Positions 1 through 13,873 of a DNA stretch of 64,000 bases are shown here, piece by piece. Below the pieces are notes generated by a model. That model saw only the letters and a program-made list of their open reading frames with translations. It was not told the origin of the DNA and did not search any database. Where the stretch lies: the NCBI GenBank assembly GCA_047601445.1, contig JASGJH010000001.1, positions 672,001 through 736,000 of the forward strand. The letters run 5' to 3'. Numbering within the stretch: the stretch's first letter is position 1; every line of letters starts with the position of its first letter. Both the position numbers and the translations under genes were made by a program. This DNA comes from Myxococcales bacterium (lineage in GTDB: Bacteria > Myxococcota_A > Polyangia > Polyangiales > DASUME01).

Positions 1-2
1 GG

Positions 3-206
3 TTTGGCGGTGCACTGACCGCCACCAGCGCCAACCTGTCCGGGCAGCCCGCGGCGCGCACGGCGAACGAGGTGAAAGCCTACTTCCCGGAGGGCCTAGC
101 CGGGCAGGTTTGGGGTGACGCACCGGGTGGTCTGCCGAGCACTGTGGTAGACGTGGGCGAGGGCGTACTCAGGGTGATACGAGTGGGAGCCATCGCGCTC
201 CCCTAG
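3..206 (+). CDS. tsaC: Threonylcarbamoyl-AMP synthase (Sua5/YrdC family), 3' end only
   Basis: Frame 3 reads FGGALTATSANLSGQP...PSTVVD...RVGAI to TAG at 204-206, matching YrdC/Sua5 motifs; truncated by the window edge. Confidence 0.85.
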   Translation, partial: FGGALTATSANLSGQPAARTANEVKAYFPEGLAGQVWGDAPGGLPSTVVDVGEGVLRVIRVGAIALP

Positions 207-290
207 GTCCCCGAGTGTGCCGAAGAATTGACCCCGCAGTGCTCCGCAGGACAAGGACCTCCGGGACACGTATTCTAGCCTGGATACGGG

Positions 291-1967
291 ATGGAAGGTC
301 TCCTCGAGCTCGATCGCATCGGCAAGCTCATCGCGGGCAAGTACCGCCTCGAGCTAGTGCTTGGGCGTGGCGGTATGGGCACGGTCTACCGTGCGACGCA
401 CACCTGGACGGGGCGCGCCGTGGCGGTGAAGTACCTGCATCCAGACCACGCCCAGGACGCAGGGTCGGTGGGACGCTTCCTGCGCGAGGCCCGGGCGGCG
501 GCCAGTGTGCGGCACCCGAACGCCGTCGACGTGCTCGATATGGGTCAGGACACCGACGGGTCGGCCTACCTGGTGCTGGAGTTCCTGGAGGGGTCCACGC
601 TGGGGGAGCGCCTGTCGGCCGAGAAGAAGCTCGCGCCCGCGACCCTCGCGCGCTTGATCGCGCCCGTTCTCGAGGCACTCGAAGAGCTCCACCGTGCCGG
701 CGTCGTGCATCGCGACTTCAAGCCCGCGAACATCTTCCTGGCGCGTAACTCACGCGGTCAGGTGGTACCGAAGCTGCTCGATTTTGGGGTGGCCAAGGTC
801 CTCGACGAGAGCGCAGGTACGGCAACCACCACGGGTATCGTCGTGGGTACGCCGGCCTACATGGCGCCCGAGCAGGCTGCGGGCAACGGCGACGTCGGGC
901 CTTGGACCGATCTCTGGGCCGTCGGGGCGGTCCTTTATCAGTGTCTGGTGGGGGAGCTGCCGTTCGTGGCGCCCACTCCGTCGCTGATGCTGGTGGCCGT
1001 GATGACGAAGGAAGCCCCGTCGCTCGCCAGCAAGCGGCCCGATCTCGACGCCGCTTTGTGCGCTGTGGTGGATCGCGCGCTCACCAAGGACCCTGCCGCG
1101 CGCTTCAAGAGCGCAGCCGAGATGGCCGAAGCCCTGTGCAAAGCCACCGGCGTCGAACTCACGGGCAACACGGGACCGCTGCCAGAGTCGGTTGGCTCGG
1201 TCGGCAGTGTGCCCCAGCCCCTCACTTCCCCTGCGACGCTCGCTCCACCAGGGGCCGAGACGATCCAGCTCTCGAGCGACTCCATGATGGTGCCCGCCGT
1301 GTCCGTGGACGCGCCCACCGTCGCGGCAACGCCCAAGGCAGGCCTGCCCGCTCCGTTGGCGCCCACGCTGGAGGCGGCGTCGGCCGATGCGGGCGAGAAG
1401 CGAGAAGACAAGCGGCACTGGACAGGCCCGAGCGCCACGGGGCGTTTGCACGCTCCGCGTCCGGGACGTGTCCGCCTGCTCGCGGCTGCCACCGCGGCCG
1501 TAGGGATTCTCGCTGGCGGAGTCTGGTGGCTCTCGGGCGATGCTCCCGCCACGCAGGTGGCGAGCGATCCGCGCGGCGCTGCTGCCGCCCAGGCGAGTGC
1601 CAAAGCTCCGGAGATGGCCGCCATCAAGGACGAAGCGCCGGCGGCTCCGCCCACCGCGGCCGCGGCAGCTCCAGGACCACAAACGCCGGCCCTCGCACCG
1701 CAACCCGACGCGAGCACTGCTTCGACCGAGCCCAAGGCCGGCGTCGTGGGCGAAGCCACACCGACGGATGCGACCACGCAGGTCGAGCCCCGCCAAGGTG
1801 CCGATCGTGGCGCGCGCCCGGCCAAGGGACGCAAGGGCCCGCGTGGAGCGGGTGGCAGCGAAGGTCCGGCTGGGAGTGTCCCCGCGGCCTCGAGCGCCGA
1901 GCCCGCGAAAGCGTCGGCGAAGGGCACCGAAGCGGGCAGCCCGCCGCGCGTCCTGCGGGAGTGGTAA
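291..1967 (+). CDS. Hanks-type Ser/Thr protein kinase with one TM helix and a low-complexity C-terminal tail
   Basis: [21 protein letters not shown] and APE motifs; [21 protein letters not shown]. Confidence 0.95.
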   Translation: MEGLLELDRIGKLIAGKYRLELVLGRGGMGTVYRATHTWTGRAVAVKYLHPDHAQDAGSVGRFLREARAAASVRHPNAVDVLDMGQDTDGSAYLVLEFLEGSTLGERLSAEKKLAPATLARLIAPVLEALEELHRAGVVHRDFKPANIFLARNSRGQVVPKLLDFGVAKVLDESAGTATTTGIVVGTPAYMAPEQAAGNGDVGPWTDLWAVGAVLYQCLVGELPFVAPTPSLMLVAVMTKEAPSLASKRPDLDAALCAVVDRALTKDPAARFKSAAEMAEALCKATGVELTGNTGPLPESVGSVGSVPQPLTSPATLAPPGAETIQLSSDSMMVPAVSVDAPTVAATPKAGLPAPLAPTLEAASADAGEKREDKRHWTGPSATGRLHAPRPGRVRLLAAATAAVGILAGGVWWLSGDAPATQVASDPRGAAAAQASAKAPEMAAIKDEAPAAPPTAAAAAPGPQTPALAPQPDASTASTEPKAGVVGEATPTDATTQVEPRQGADRGARPAKGRKGPRGAGGSEGPAGSVPAASSAEPAKASAKGTEAGSPPRVLREW

Positions 1968-2007
1968 CAGCGGCTCGAGGCACACCGACTGCTATGGTCG
2001 AGAGCCT

Positions 2008-2619
2008 ATGGGTCAACCGAAGTCCGAGAACATCACCTGGCACGGCGGCAGCCATCCGCGCGACGAGCGCGAGCGTATCCTCGGTCAACGCGGCGTCACG
2101 CTCTGGTTCACGGGGCTGAGCGGCTCCGGCAAGAGCACGGTCGCGCGCGAGGTGGAGCGCGTGTTGGCCGAACGGGGACGCCACGTCTACACGCTCGACG
2201 GCGACAACGTTCGCTACGGCTTGTGCTCGGACCTCGGTTTCAGCCCCGAGGACCGCGCGGAAAACATCCGCAGGATCGGCGAGGTCTGCAAGCTCTTCAC
2301 GGACGCTGGCACCATCACGTTGGCGGCCTTCGTCTCTCCCTACCGAGCCGATCGCGATCGTGTGCGTGCGATCCTGACCGACGGGGACTTCGTGGAGGTC
2401 TACGTGGCGGCGGACTTGAGCGTCTGCGAAAGCCGCGACCCCAAAGGCCTCTACCGCAAGGCCCGCGCCGGTGAAATTGCAGAATTCACGGGGATTTCCG
2501 CCCCCTACGAGGCCCCCGAGCGACCCGAGATAGCGCTGCGCACGGATCAGGAAGATGTGGCCGCCAGTGCAGCGCGCGTGATTCGCTTTTTGGAAGAGCG
2601 GCGCGTGCTGGGCGGCTGA
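2008..2619 (+). CDS. cysC: Adenylyl-sulfate kinase
   Basis: [38 protein letters not shown] at 2008. Confidence 0.96.
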   Translation: MGQPKSENITWHGGSHPRDERERILGQRGVTLWFTGLSGSGKSTVAREVERVLAERGRHVYTLDGDNVRYGLCSDLGFSPEDRAENIRRIGEVCKLFTDAGTITLAAFVSPYRADRDRVRAILTDGDFVEVYVAADLSVCESRDPKGLYRKARAGEIAEFTGISAPYEAPERPEIALRTDQEDVAASAARVIRFLEERRVLGG

Positions 2620-2647
2620 GCACGCGTCCTGGCGCTACGCTCTGGTC

Positions 2648-3370
2648 ATGGCGGGAACGGATGCCGGCCAGGGACAGCGCGGCCTCGGGCACAACGCCGA
2701 GAGGCAGGCTCTGGTGTCTCTGCTCTCGGGGCGCTCCGACATCCGGGATCCGCTGGTGCTGAAGGCGATCGGCGAGGTGCCGCGCGAGCTGTTCGTGTCG
2801 GAGTCCATGCGGCCTGCGGCCTACTGCGACGCGGCCCTGCCCATCGAGTGCGATCAGACGATAAGTCAGCCCTACGTGGTGGCGTTGATGACGCAGCTCG
2901 TGGAGGCCCGCCCGGGCCGGCGCATCCTCGAGATTGGTACGGGCTCGGGCTACCAGGCCGCGGTGTTGGCCGCCGCGGGGGCGGAGGTCTTCAGCGTGGA
3001 GATCATCGAAGCGCTCGCCAGGCGGGCTGCCGAGCGCTTCGCACGCCTCGGCTACCGAGTGCACACCCGACTGGGGGACGGACGTCAGGGCTGGCCTGAG
3101 GAGGGGCCCTTCGACGGCATTCTGGTCACAGCCGCCCCCAGGGAGGTGCCAGCGGCCCTGGTGGCGCAGCTCGCTCCCGGCGGCCGCCTCGTGGTCCCGG
3201 TGGGTGGTCCCGGAGATCAGGAGCTATTGCGGCTGACGCGCGCGCGGACCGGCTCGGGGGTGAGTTGGGAGCGAGTCACCGGTGTGCGCTTCGTACCCCT
3301 GACCGGAGAAGTCGGCGCTTCTTTCATGGCGGCCACGGGCTCTGATACGATAGGGCATGGCCTTGATTGA
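2648..3370 (+). CDS. pcm: Protein-L-isoaspartate O-methyltransferase
   Basis: QTISQP, LEIGTGSGYQAA, PFDGILVTAA, VRFVPL. Confidence 0.95.
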   Translation: MAGTDAGQGQRGLGHNAERQALVSLLSGRSDIRDPLVLKAIGEVPRELFVSESMRPAAYCDAALPIECDQTISQPYVVALMTQLVEARPGRRILEIGTGSGYQAAVLAAAGAEVFSVEIIEALARRAAERFARLGYRVHTRLGDGRQGWPEEGPFDGILVTAAPREVPAALVAQLAPGGRLVVPVGGPGDQELLRLTRARTGSGVSWERVTGVRFVPLTGEVGASFMAATGSDTIGHGLD

Positions 3371-3620
3371 GACCGAAGAAGCGGCGCGACGCCTGGCGCG
3401 CGCCATCGCCAGTGATCTCTCGCTCTACAACGAAGAGAAGATCATGGAAGGCATTCAGAACGACAACCTGTTCAGCGTGCTCGCCGAAGAACTCGAAGAG
3501 GGCAGGGCGCTCTTCAAGAGTCGCGTGTCCCCCGAGCTGTTCGCCAAGAACTTCTACGACCGTGCGGTGATCGACATCCTGGTTCGCTCCAAGGGCCACG
3601 TCACCTCCCGCATGTGGTGA
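3357..3620 (+). CDS. Small helical hypothetical protein (87 aa)
   Basis: GC3-biased ORF overlapping the pcm stop; ARRLARAIASDLSLYN segment. Confidence 0.75.
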   Translation: MALIETEEAARRLARAIASDLSLYNEEKIMEGIQNDNLFSVLAEELEEGRALFKSRVSPELFAKNFYDRAVIDILVRSKGHVTSRMW

Positions 3621-3702
3621 GCGCTCCGCGCCGAGTCCTTGGCTGCGTTTCGCTTCGCCTGGCACGTGCCGTCCTGCTCAAGTCCCCGTAGTCTCCAGCG
3701 CC

Positions 3703-4641
<939 letters not shown>

Positions 4642-4647
4642 CGGACT

Positions 4648-5307
4648 CTACTTTTGGCCCAACAGCTCGCGCGCGCGGGTGGCGTTGGCGTGCATGTCGA
4701 TGTTGTGGAACACGCAGATGACCTGCTTGGCCTTGCTCTGTTTTACGTGGGCCACGATGCGCTCGAGGGAGGCTTCGTCGTAGCGCGAGCGATGGCCGGC
4801 AGGACCGGACAGCCGGAGGTAGGCGAAGTCCACCTTGCCTGCGGGCGGATCGTCCTGGAGCGGATCGTAGGCGGCTACCACGTTCTTCTTGCCGTCGATG
4901 GCGGCCAAGACATCGGCGTGCTTCCAACCCACCATGGAGAGCACCGCGCGTGGATAGCGAGCAGGGAACGCCTCGACGAACTTCTTGAGCTGGGCCTTGT
5001 TCGGTCGCGTGGGGCCGAACTCGGGTTGGGCCGCGAACACCACGGCCTCTGCCTTCATGCTCTTGCTGAGCTGGCCGACTTCTTTGATGAGCTTGTCGGT
5101 CGCGGGCGTGATGACGAAGCCGGCCCCCGCGATGTCCTTGGGGGCGAGCAGCGAGAAGGAGAAGCCCTCGGGGGCCTCGCGCAGCCAACGACGCACGGTG
5201 CCCGCCCCGGGAATGCCTAGCTCCGTTTCGGAGATCTCGACGCCCTCGAACTCCCGGAAGTATCGACTAACGGGGACCGGGAACCCTGAGCATGCGACCA
5301 CTGCCAT
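4648..5307 (-). CDS. DUF72-family protein
   Basis: MAVVACSGF...VEI...W...P.GF.FSL.AP and YLRL.G pattern; start chosen at ATG 5307. Confidence 0.7.
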   Translation of the reverse strand: MAVVACSGFPVPVSRYFREFEGVEISETELGIPGAGTVRRWLREAPEGFSFSLLAPKDIAGAGFVITPATDKLIKEVGQLSKSMKAEAVVFAAQPEFGPTRPNKAQLKKFVEAFPARYPRAVLSMVGWKHADVLAAIDGKKNVVAAYDPLQDDPPAGKVDFAYLRLSGPAGHRSRYDEASLERIVAHVKQSKAKQVICVFHNIDMHANATRARELLGQK

Positions 5308-5416
5308 CGCCGCGGGAGTATAGTCGGGCTCATCCGTGAAAGGCACACTTTGTGGAACCTCCGCTGATACTGGCGGCGCGAGGGGGCCCAGTTCGTTGCG
5401 GTCCGGAGCTGCCGAC

Positions 5417-6109
5417 CTACTCCGGATCCTCGACTTTCCAGCCGTCGTCTTCGCGTAGGAAGCGGGCCGTAAAGCTCTCTCCGTAGGGCATGGTGGCGCG
5501 CTCGCCGACGATCTCGATGGGCGCATCGCCGCTTGCCTTGAGGAGCGCCACGATTCGGGTGAGCTCCTCGATCTGCTCGGACAGGTTCTTGCCCAGCGTC
5601 GCCGCGTCGAGCCCGGCCCGGTCGGCCTCGGGCATCAACCTGAGTACGACGTCCCAGCGGGAGCCCTCGACCGCCCGGACGAAGCTCGCGAGTGCGGCCC
5701 TGGGCGTGTCCTGAGGGTAGAAGTCGGTCAGGGGGCTCTCGATCCGGAACTGGCCCGTCCTCGGGTCCTGGACGAGCTCGACGGGTTGGCCATCGGACGC
5801 CTTGGGCACCTCGGCGAGGACCCGCACCGGGCCCAACTTGGTCAGGCTCGCCTGCAGCGCGGCCGCCTCTTTGGGGTTGTCCCGCAGCTGAGCCTCGAAC
5901 GCGGCCGGCGTAAGCCGTGCTTGGGCTTCGGGAGAAAGGAGGGCATAGGCCGCCTTGGTGTCGCCCTTCGAGAGCGCCGTCCGGAAGCCGGCTAGCACGG
6001 CCTCGGGTCCCTGGGTCCGGGGTGTCCGATGGCACGCAGAGCAGGCCAGCACTGCCAGCAATGTGCCCAGGGGCGCCACATGTCGGAGCTGGCCACGCAT
6101 TCTGCGCAT
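5417..6109 (-). CDS. Hypothetical lipoprotein
   Basis: Basic N-terminus, hydrophobic stretch and lipobox-like LACSAC; internally repeated helical segments. Confidence 0.7.
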   Translation of the reverse strand: MRRMRGQLRHVAPLGTLLAVLACSACHRTPRTQGPEAVLAGFRTALSKGDTKAAYALLSPEAQARLTPAAFEAQLRDNPKEAAALQASLTKLGPVRVLAEVPKASDGQPVELVQDPRTGQFRIESPLTDFYPQDTPRAALASFVRAVEGSRWDVVLRLMPEADRAGLDAATLGKNLSEQIEELTRIVALLKASGDAPIEIVGERATMPYGESFTARFLREDDGWKVEDPE

Positions 6110-6174
6110 TCTGGCACAAAACTTCCCCTGGGACTCTCCTTTGGTACGATGCCTCAGTGTCAGGCGAGGCCCCT

Positions 6175-9100
6175 ATGAACGCGGACAATCTCGACATCCG
6201 GCTACTTCGTTACCGGTCGCGTCGGGACGAATCTCCGCACGCGTTGGCGAGTGCACTTTTGGAAGCTGGGCGGGCGCAAGAAGCGCTCGAAGTCATCCGG
6301 CTCTCGGCCGCGGACCGCGCGCCCGATGCACGCTTGCTCGTGATCGAGGGAAGGGCCTGGTTCGACCAGTCTTCGTTGCCCGAAGCACAGGACGCGCTGA
6401 TGCGCGCTGCCAAGGCCGATCCGCGCGACAAAGAACCTTACCGCTGGTTGGCGCAGGTGTTGATGAAGCGTGGGGAGCCCGGGCGCGCCGTGCAGGTGCT
6501 CGAGCGCGCGCTGCAGATCGACGCCACGGATAAGGCGCTGCAACAAGCTCACATGCGTGCGCAGCGTCTGGCTCGCATTGCCAGCGACACCGAGCTGTCG
6601 GGCGATTCGCCAGTGGTGCCCGCGGCCGCGGCGTCCAAGCCTCCCGTCGCGTCCAAGCCTCCCGTTGCGTCCAAGCCTCCCGTTGCGTCCAAGCCTCCCG
6701 CACCGGCGGCTTCGGCGCGACCCGCGCCTGGCCTGGGGAGCCCCACCGTGCGTCCACAGGAGTCCGCCCGCCCGGTCGCCGCACCGCAGGTCGTGTTGGC
6801 GCGGCCCAAGTCAGCGCCCAAGCAGATCCCCGACGACGTGCGCTTCGTGCTCGACCGCGAGCCAGACAACACGCCTGCCCCGCGCAACCGTCCGCCCTCG
6901 CAGCCGCAGCTGCCCGCCGTGGTCACGCCCGACTCGGTCGATGATCAGCCCACCGCGGCCTTCGAGATGCCCGCCGAGATCCGCAACTGGATCCAGGCCG
7001 AGCGCGCCAGCGAGATGGTCACCATGCCGCCCGCGCCGAGCGAGCCCATTCCCTCGCCCGTGTTCGAGCTCTCCAAGCCGCGCGGCTCGGAAGGCGGCGT
7101 GCCCGACTTCTCCAACGACTTCGACGCGGCGATGGCCCGCGACGGCGAGGCGCTGCCGAATGTCGGACCCGCCGCGCCTCCGGCCGAGGCCGAGCCTCCG
7201 GAGCAGGTGCTCGAGATGCTGGCCCAACAGGGCGTGTTCGAGAACAAGCGGGCGGGCACCGGCGTGGGTTGGGCCTCCAAGGGCGAAGCGCCACGCGCCG
7301 GCAATCGCGTGGGCACCACCCTGGCCGTGACCTGGGTGCTCGCGTTGGCGGCCGCGGGCGGCGGCTACTACGGCTGGACCCAGTGGCTAGGTGCGCGTCG
7401 GGCCGACGCCCGCGCGTTGATCCAGCAAGCCGTGGCCGAGTCCCACGACGGTGAGCACGCCTCGCTGATGTCGGCGGAGCGCCACTTGATCGAAGCGCGT
7501 TCGCTGGATCCCAAGTCCTCGGAAGCGGTCGAGCAACTGCTATTCGTCCACGCCACGCGCGCGCTCGAGGACGCGAGCGGAGACGTGGGCTACCTGCGCA
7601 ATACCCTGGTGCGCGCCGAGGCGGCCAAGAGCTCGCCCGCGCTGATCGCGGCGTCCAAGGCGTTGGTGAGCGCGGTGGATCGCGACGGAGGCAAGGCCAA
7701 GGAGCAGGCCGCCCTGGCGCTCAAAGACGGAGCCCAGGACGCGCGTGTGCTCTACCTGGTAGGCCGTTTGTATCAGCGATCGGGTAGCCCTGAAGCGCGC
7801 GAACTCCTGCAGCAAGCCTCCAGCAAGGATGCGAGCCTGGCGTTGGCCTGGTCGGCCGAGGCGGAGATCGCACTGGCTGCGGCGCAGCTCGAGGAGAGCC
7901 GCGCCTTGCTCGAGAAGGCCCTGGGAGCGGACAAGAAGTTCCTGCGCGCAGAGCTGTGGCGCATCGTGCTCGACACCAGCGCGGAGAGCGCCGCCGGCAT
8001 CAAGCCGAAGCTCGCCGCCCTGGCGGAGCGCGTGAAGGCGGGCTCGGCTTCCGATCAACTCTTGGCAATGATCGCCCAGGCACGCGTGGAGCGCGAGCTC
8101 GGCCAAGCCGACGCCGCGCGCGCCGCGCTCGATGGCGCACAGAAGCTCACCGTGCTCGATCCCGAGCTGATGTCCTTGTTGGGGCAGGAAGCCTTTGCGC
8201 TGGGGCTCAACGATCTCGCCTTTCGCGCTGCCAATGCGGCGGTCACGGCCGCGCCCGACGTCGCTCGCTATCGCGAGACCCTGATCAGCGCGCTTCTGGG
8301 CCGGGGCGACGGGCGCGCCGCGATGCGCGCGCTCGAAGGCATCGAAGGGACCGAGGGCGACACCTGGCTGATGCTCAGCAAGGCGCGCGCGGGTCTCCTG
8401 ATGGGCTCCCGTGAAGCCCTCGCCGACACCAAGAAAGCGCTGGCGGCCTATCGCGGCACGGCGGCGGGACGCGAAGACACCGAAGCGGCAGCGCTCCTGT
8501 TGCGCGCGGATCTCAAGCTCGGCGCCAACGCCGAGTCGCTGTTGCCCACGGCGCGTACGCTCGTGCAGCAAAAGCCCGACAGCGTCGGGGCCCTGCTCGC
8601 GTTGGGCGAGGCCGCCTTGCTGGCAGGGCAGGGCGAGCTCGCACAGAGCACGCTCACGCGCGCCAGCAAGAGCTTTCCCACCGATGCCGACGCGCACTAT
8701 CTGCTCGGACGGACCCAACGCTTGCTGGGCAAGCCGGAGCAGGCCAAGGCCGAGTTCAACGAAGCACTCAAGCTTGCGCCCGGCCACGAACAGGCCCGCG
8801 AGGCGCTCGGCGGACTCTTGCTCGACTCCGGTGACTACACCGAGGCTAACGAGGTATTCGGCAAGCTCGAGCGTGACGGCTCGGGCGTAAGCGCGTCCTT
8901 CGGCGCCGTCGAGGCGCTGCTCGGTAATGGCGACATCGCGGCGGCAGAGGCCCGGCTCGACCGCCTCGACGACGAGCAGAAGGCGCTGCCCGCAGCCAAG
9001 CTGCTGATGGCGCGCACGGCGATTGCCAAGGGCAAGCCTGCGCAGGCGCTCGAGCTGCTCGAGCCGCTGGTCGCCAAGGACTCGGAGACGCGCACGGCCG

Positions 9101-9564
9101 AGATGTTGTCGGCCTACGGCGAGGCACTCTACGCGAGCGACCGGGTCGATCCCGCGGCGGGTGCATTCGAGGCCGCCCTCGAGCTCGACGCCACCTTGCC
9201 GGACGCTTTGATCGGTCGCGCCATGACCGCCGTGCGCGCCGAGAAGACCAAGGACGCCAAGGGCTTCCTCGAGAGCGCGCAGAAGGCGCTCGCCACCCGC
9301 GTTCGTCCGCCGCGCATGAAGGCGCTGTTGCTCGTTACGTGGGCGAAGGCGAACCTGATCGACAAGGACTTCGACCAGGCCAAGCAGAAGCTGCTCGAAG
9401 CCGTGGCGCTGCCCGGTGCTCCCTCCGAGACTCACTTTTGGCTGGCCGAGAGCCTGAGCAAGACCAAGTCGCAGGGCGCTAGCGAGAGCTACGCGCGCTA
9501 CCTGGAGCTCGATCCCAACGGCGCCTACGCGGCCCGCGCCAAGCGAGCCCTCGCGCCTCGTTGA
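6175..9564 (+). CDS. Large TPR-repeat membrane protein (N-terminal TPRs, Pro-rich linker, one TM, long TPR array)
   Basis: TPR-like repeats, TM TLAVTWVLALAAAGGGYYGW, C-terminal YLELDPNG.YA; ATG at 6175. Confidence 0.85.
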   Translation: MNADNLDIRLLRYRSRRDESPHALASALLEAGRAQEALEVIRLSAADRAPDARLLVIEGRAWFDQSSLPEAQDALMRAAKADPRDKEPYRWLAQVLMKRGEPGRAVQVLERALQIDATDKALQQAHMRAQRLARIASDTELSGDSPVVPAAAASKPPVASKPPVASKPPVASKPPAPAASARPAPGLGSPTVRPQESARPVAAPQVVLARPKSAPKQIPDDVRFVLDREPDNTPAPRNRPPSQPQLPAVVTPDSVDDQPTAAFEMPAEIRNWIQAERASEMVTMPPAPSEPIPSPVFELSKPRGSEGGVPDFSNDFDAAMARDGEALPNVGPAAPPAEAEPPEQVLEMLAQQGVFENKRAGTGVGWASKGEAPRAGNRVGTTLAVTWVLALAAAGGGYYGWTQWLGARRADARALIQQAVAESHDGEHASLMSAERHLIEARSLDPKSSEAVEQLLFVHATRALEDASGDVGYLRNTLVRAEAAKSSPALIAASKALVSAVDRDGGKAKEQAALALKDGAQDARVLYLVGRLYQRSGSPEARELLQQASSKDASLALAWSAEAEIALAAAQLEESRALLEKALGADKKFLRAELWRIVLDTSAESAAGIKPKLAALAERVKAGSASDQLLAMIAQARVERELGQADAARAALDGAQKLTVLDPELMSLLGQEAFALGLNDLAFRAANAAVTAAPDVARYRETLISALLGRGDGRAAMRALEGIEGTEGDTWLMLSKARAGLLMGSREALADTKKALAAYRGTAAGREDTEAAALLLRADLKLGANAESLLPTARTLVQQKPDSVGALLALGEAALLAGQGELAQSTLTRASKSFPTDADAHYLLGRTQRLLGKPEQAKAEFNEALKLAPGHEQAREALGGLLLDSGDYTEANEVFGKLERDGSGVSASFGAVEALLGNGDIAAAEARLDRLDDEQKALPAAKLLMARTAIAKGKPAQALELLEPLVAKDSETRTAEMLSAYGEALYASDRVDPAAGAFEAALELDATLPDALIGRAMTAVRAEKTKDAKGFLESAQKALATRVRPPRMKALLLVTWAKANLIDKDFDQAKQKLLEAVALPGAPSETHFWLAESLSKTKSQGASESYARYLELDPNGAYAARAKRALAPR
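6631..6700 (+). repeat. In-frame 18-bp tandem repeat (about 4 copies) encoding ASKPPV
   Basis: gcgtccaagcctcccgtY units at 6631, 6649, 6667 and a partial copy at 6685. Confidence 0.95.
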
Positions 9565-9568
9565 TCCC

Positions 9569-10788
9569 GTGAGCCAGTCAGGCGAGAGCAGCGCGCCCTT
9601 CGTGTCCGAGTTCGCTGGCTGGGTGACCCTCGGGGCGGCGGTCGGCGCCGTCTGCGGGGTCGCCTCGGCGCTGTTCCTGTGGGGGCTCGAGGAAGTCACC
9701 GAGCTGCGCACGGAGCACCGCTCGTTGGTCTTCGCGTTGCCCCTGGCAGGCGTGCTGATAGGCCTGTTTTACGAGCGTTTCGGTCGTCCCATCGAGGCCG
9801 GCAGCAACCTCATCATCGATACCATCCACGACGACGGTCCCGAGATCCCCCTGCGCATGGCCCCGATGGTGCTGGCAGGTACACTGCTGACGCATCTGTT
9901 CGGAGGCAGCGCTGGGCGCGAGGGCACGGCGGTGCAGATGGGGGCGAGCTTGGCGGACACGCTCGCCCACCGCTTGCGACTACCGCTCGGCTTGCGGCGC
10001 AAGTTGCTCACGGCAGGCGTCGCGGGCGGCTTCGGATCAGTGTTCGGTACCCCGGTGGCGGGCATGATCTTCGGCTTGGAGTTCGTGGTGCTCGGTCGCC
10101 TCGAGTACGGCGCCTTGGTGCCGGCGCTGGTGGCCTCGCTCGTGGGCGACTACACCACGCGGGCCCTGGGCATCGAACACACGCCGTATCCGCAGGTCGC
10201 GGCGCTCCCGTTGTCTCCGTCGGTGCTCCTCAAGTGGTTCGCGTTCGCGCTGTGCTGCGCGCTTTTGGCCGCTGCCTTCATCGAGCTCACGCATGCACTC
10301 AAGCGGCAGGCGACGCGCTTCATCCCGAGACTGCCCTGGCGAATGGCGCTCGGTGGAACCGTGGTGGTCCTGATGTGGCTCGCGACTTCGGACGACTACC
10401 TGGGTCTCGGCGTGCCGACCATCTTGCGCGCGTTTTCCGATCCCTCGCTGCCTGCCGCGGAGGCACCGCTCAAGCTCGTGTTCACAGCCGTCACCTTGGG
10501 GGCGGGCTTCCTCGGCGGCGAGGTGACACCGCTCTTCTTCGTGGGGGCGACGCTCGGCAATTTGCTGGGTCGTGTCCTTGGGTTACCGCTCGAACTTGCA
10601 GCCGGTGTGGGATTGTCGGCGGTGTTCGCAGGAGCGGCCAAGGCGCCGCTGGCGCTGTCCGTGATGGCGCTCGAGCTGCTCGGGGCGAACGTGTTTCCCC
10701 ACGCCGTCTTGGTCTGCGTACTAACCTATTTCTTCAGCGGTCGACGCAGCATCTACGCCGCCAAGCTCAAACCCGGACGCGTCACCTA

Positions 10789-10789
<1 letters not shown>
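9569..10789 (+). CDS. CLC-family anion transporter, fluoride-exporter (CLC-F) type
   Basis: Motifs GSNLI, GREGT and GGEVTP; multiple TM helices. Confidence 0.88.
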
Positions 10790-11934
<1,145 letters not shown>

Positions 11935-11989
11935 GTGCTCCAGAGCGCGATTAGGTGCGGGCGCGAACGGGAAACCAGGAGAACGGTCG

Positions 11990-12724
11990 ATGCGGTTGGG
12001 AAGTGCGGGGCGGGTTGCGAACAATGGATGGATGGTGGCGGCGTGTCTGGTGTCGGCGGCCTGCGGCGCCAAGGCGCCCGTGAGTGAGGCGCCACAGGAA
12101 GAGGCCAGCAGCGGCTCCGAGGAGCGCGACGGCAGCGCCGATTCGCTCAACGTGAGCGGTCTGCACGGCACCCTCTCTCAGCAAGAGATCCAGAACGCGC
12201 TGGAGCCCCGCATGCTCAAGTTCAGCCGCTGCGTGCAGAAGCGCTCGGGCGACGTGGAGTGGGTCTCGGGTGGCATGGCCTTCGAGTTCAAGGTGGCGGT
12301 CAATGGTTCGGTGACGTCGGTGTATCCCAAGCAGAGCAGCATGGGCGACCGCGAGACCGAGCGCTGCATGCTCGACGTAGCCAAGGGCACTCGCTTCCCC
12401 GCGCCCCACGGCGGTGACGCCGAGTTCGGCTGGTCGCTCGAGGTGCCGCTCGACCCCGAAGTGCGCAGCCCGGTGCCGTGGACCGCGGCCGAGGCCGGCG
12501 CGGTGATCAGCGCGCGCGCCCCCGAGCTCGGCACGCAGTGCGGGGCCGGTCCCTATGACCTGACGGCCTACGTGGACGTCGAGGGCAAGGTGGTGGCCGT
12601 GGGTGGCGCGGTGCAGAGCGAGACCAGCGCGGAGCAGCTCGACTGCGTGACCCAGGCCGTGCAGGGCTGGGTGTTCCCGAGCCCTGGCTCCTACGCCGCC
12701 AAGCTCAATTTCCAGGTGGACTGA
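11990..12724 (+). CDS. Lipoprotein with two TonB-C/AgmX-PglI-like domains
   Basis: Lipobox LVSAAC; two Cys-containing units ending FPAP and FPSP; domain call from pattern recognition only. Confidence 0.65.
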   Translation: MRLGSAGRVANNGWMVAACLVSAACGAKAPVSEAPQEEASSGSEERDGSADSLNVSGLHGTLSQQEIQNALEPRMLKFSRCVQKRSGDVEWVSGGMAFEFKVAVNGSVTSVYPKQSSMGDRETERCMLDVAKGTRFPAPHGGDAEFGWSLEVPLDPEVRSPVPWTAAEAGAVISARAPELGTQCGAGPYDLTAYVDVEGKVVAVGGAVQSETSAEQLDCVTQAVQGWVFPSPGSYAAKLNFQVD

Positions 12725-12726
12725 CC

Positions 12727-13863
<1,137 letters not shown>

Positions 13864-13873
13864 GCTTGGGAAG

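Noticed and set aside
6631..6700. CRISPR-like array
   Set aside because: No spacers, in frame within a gene, and no cas genes
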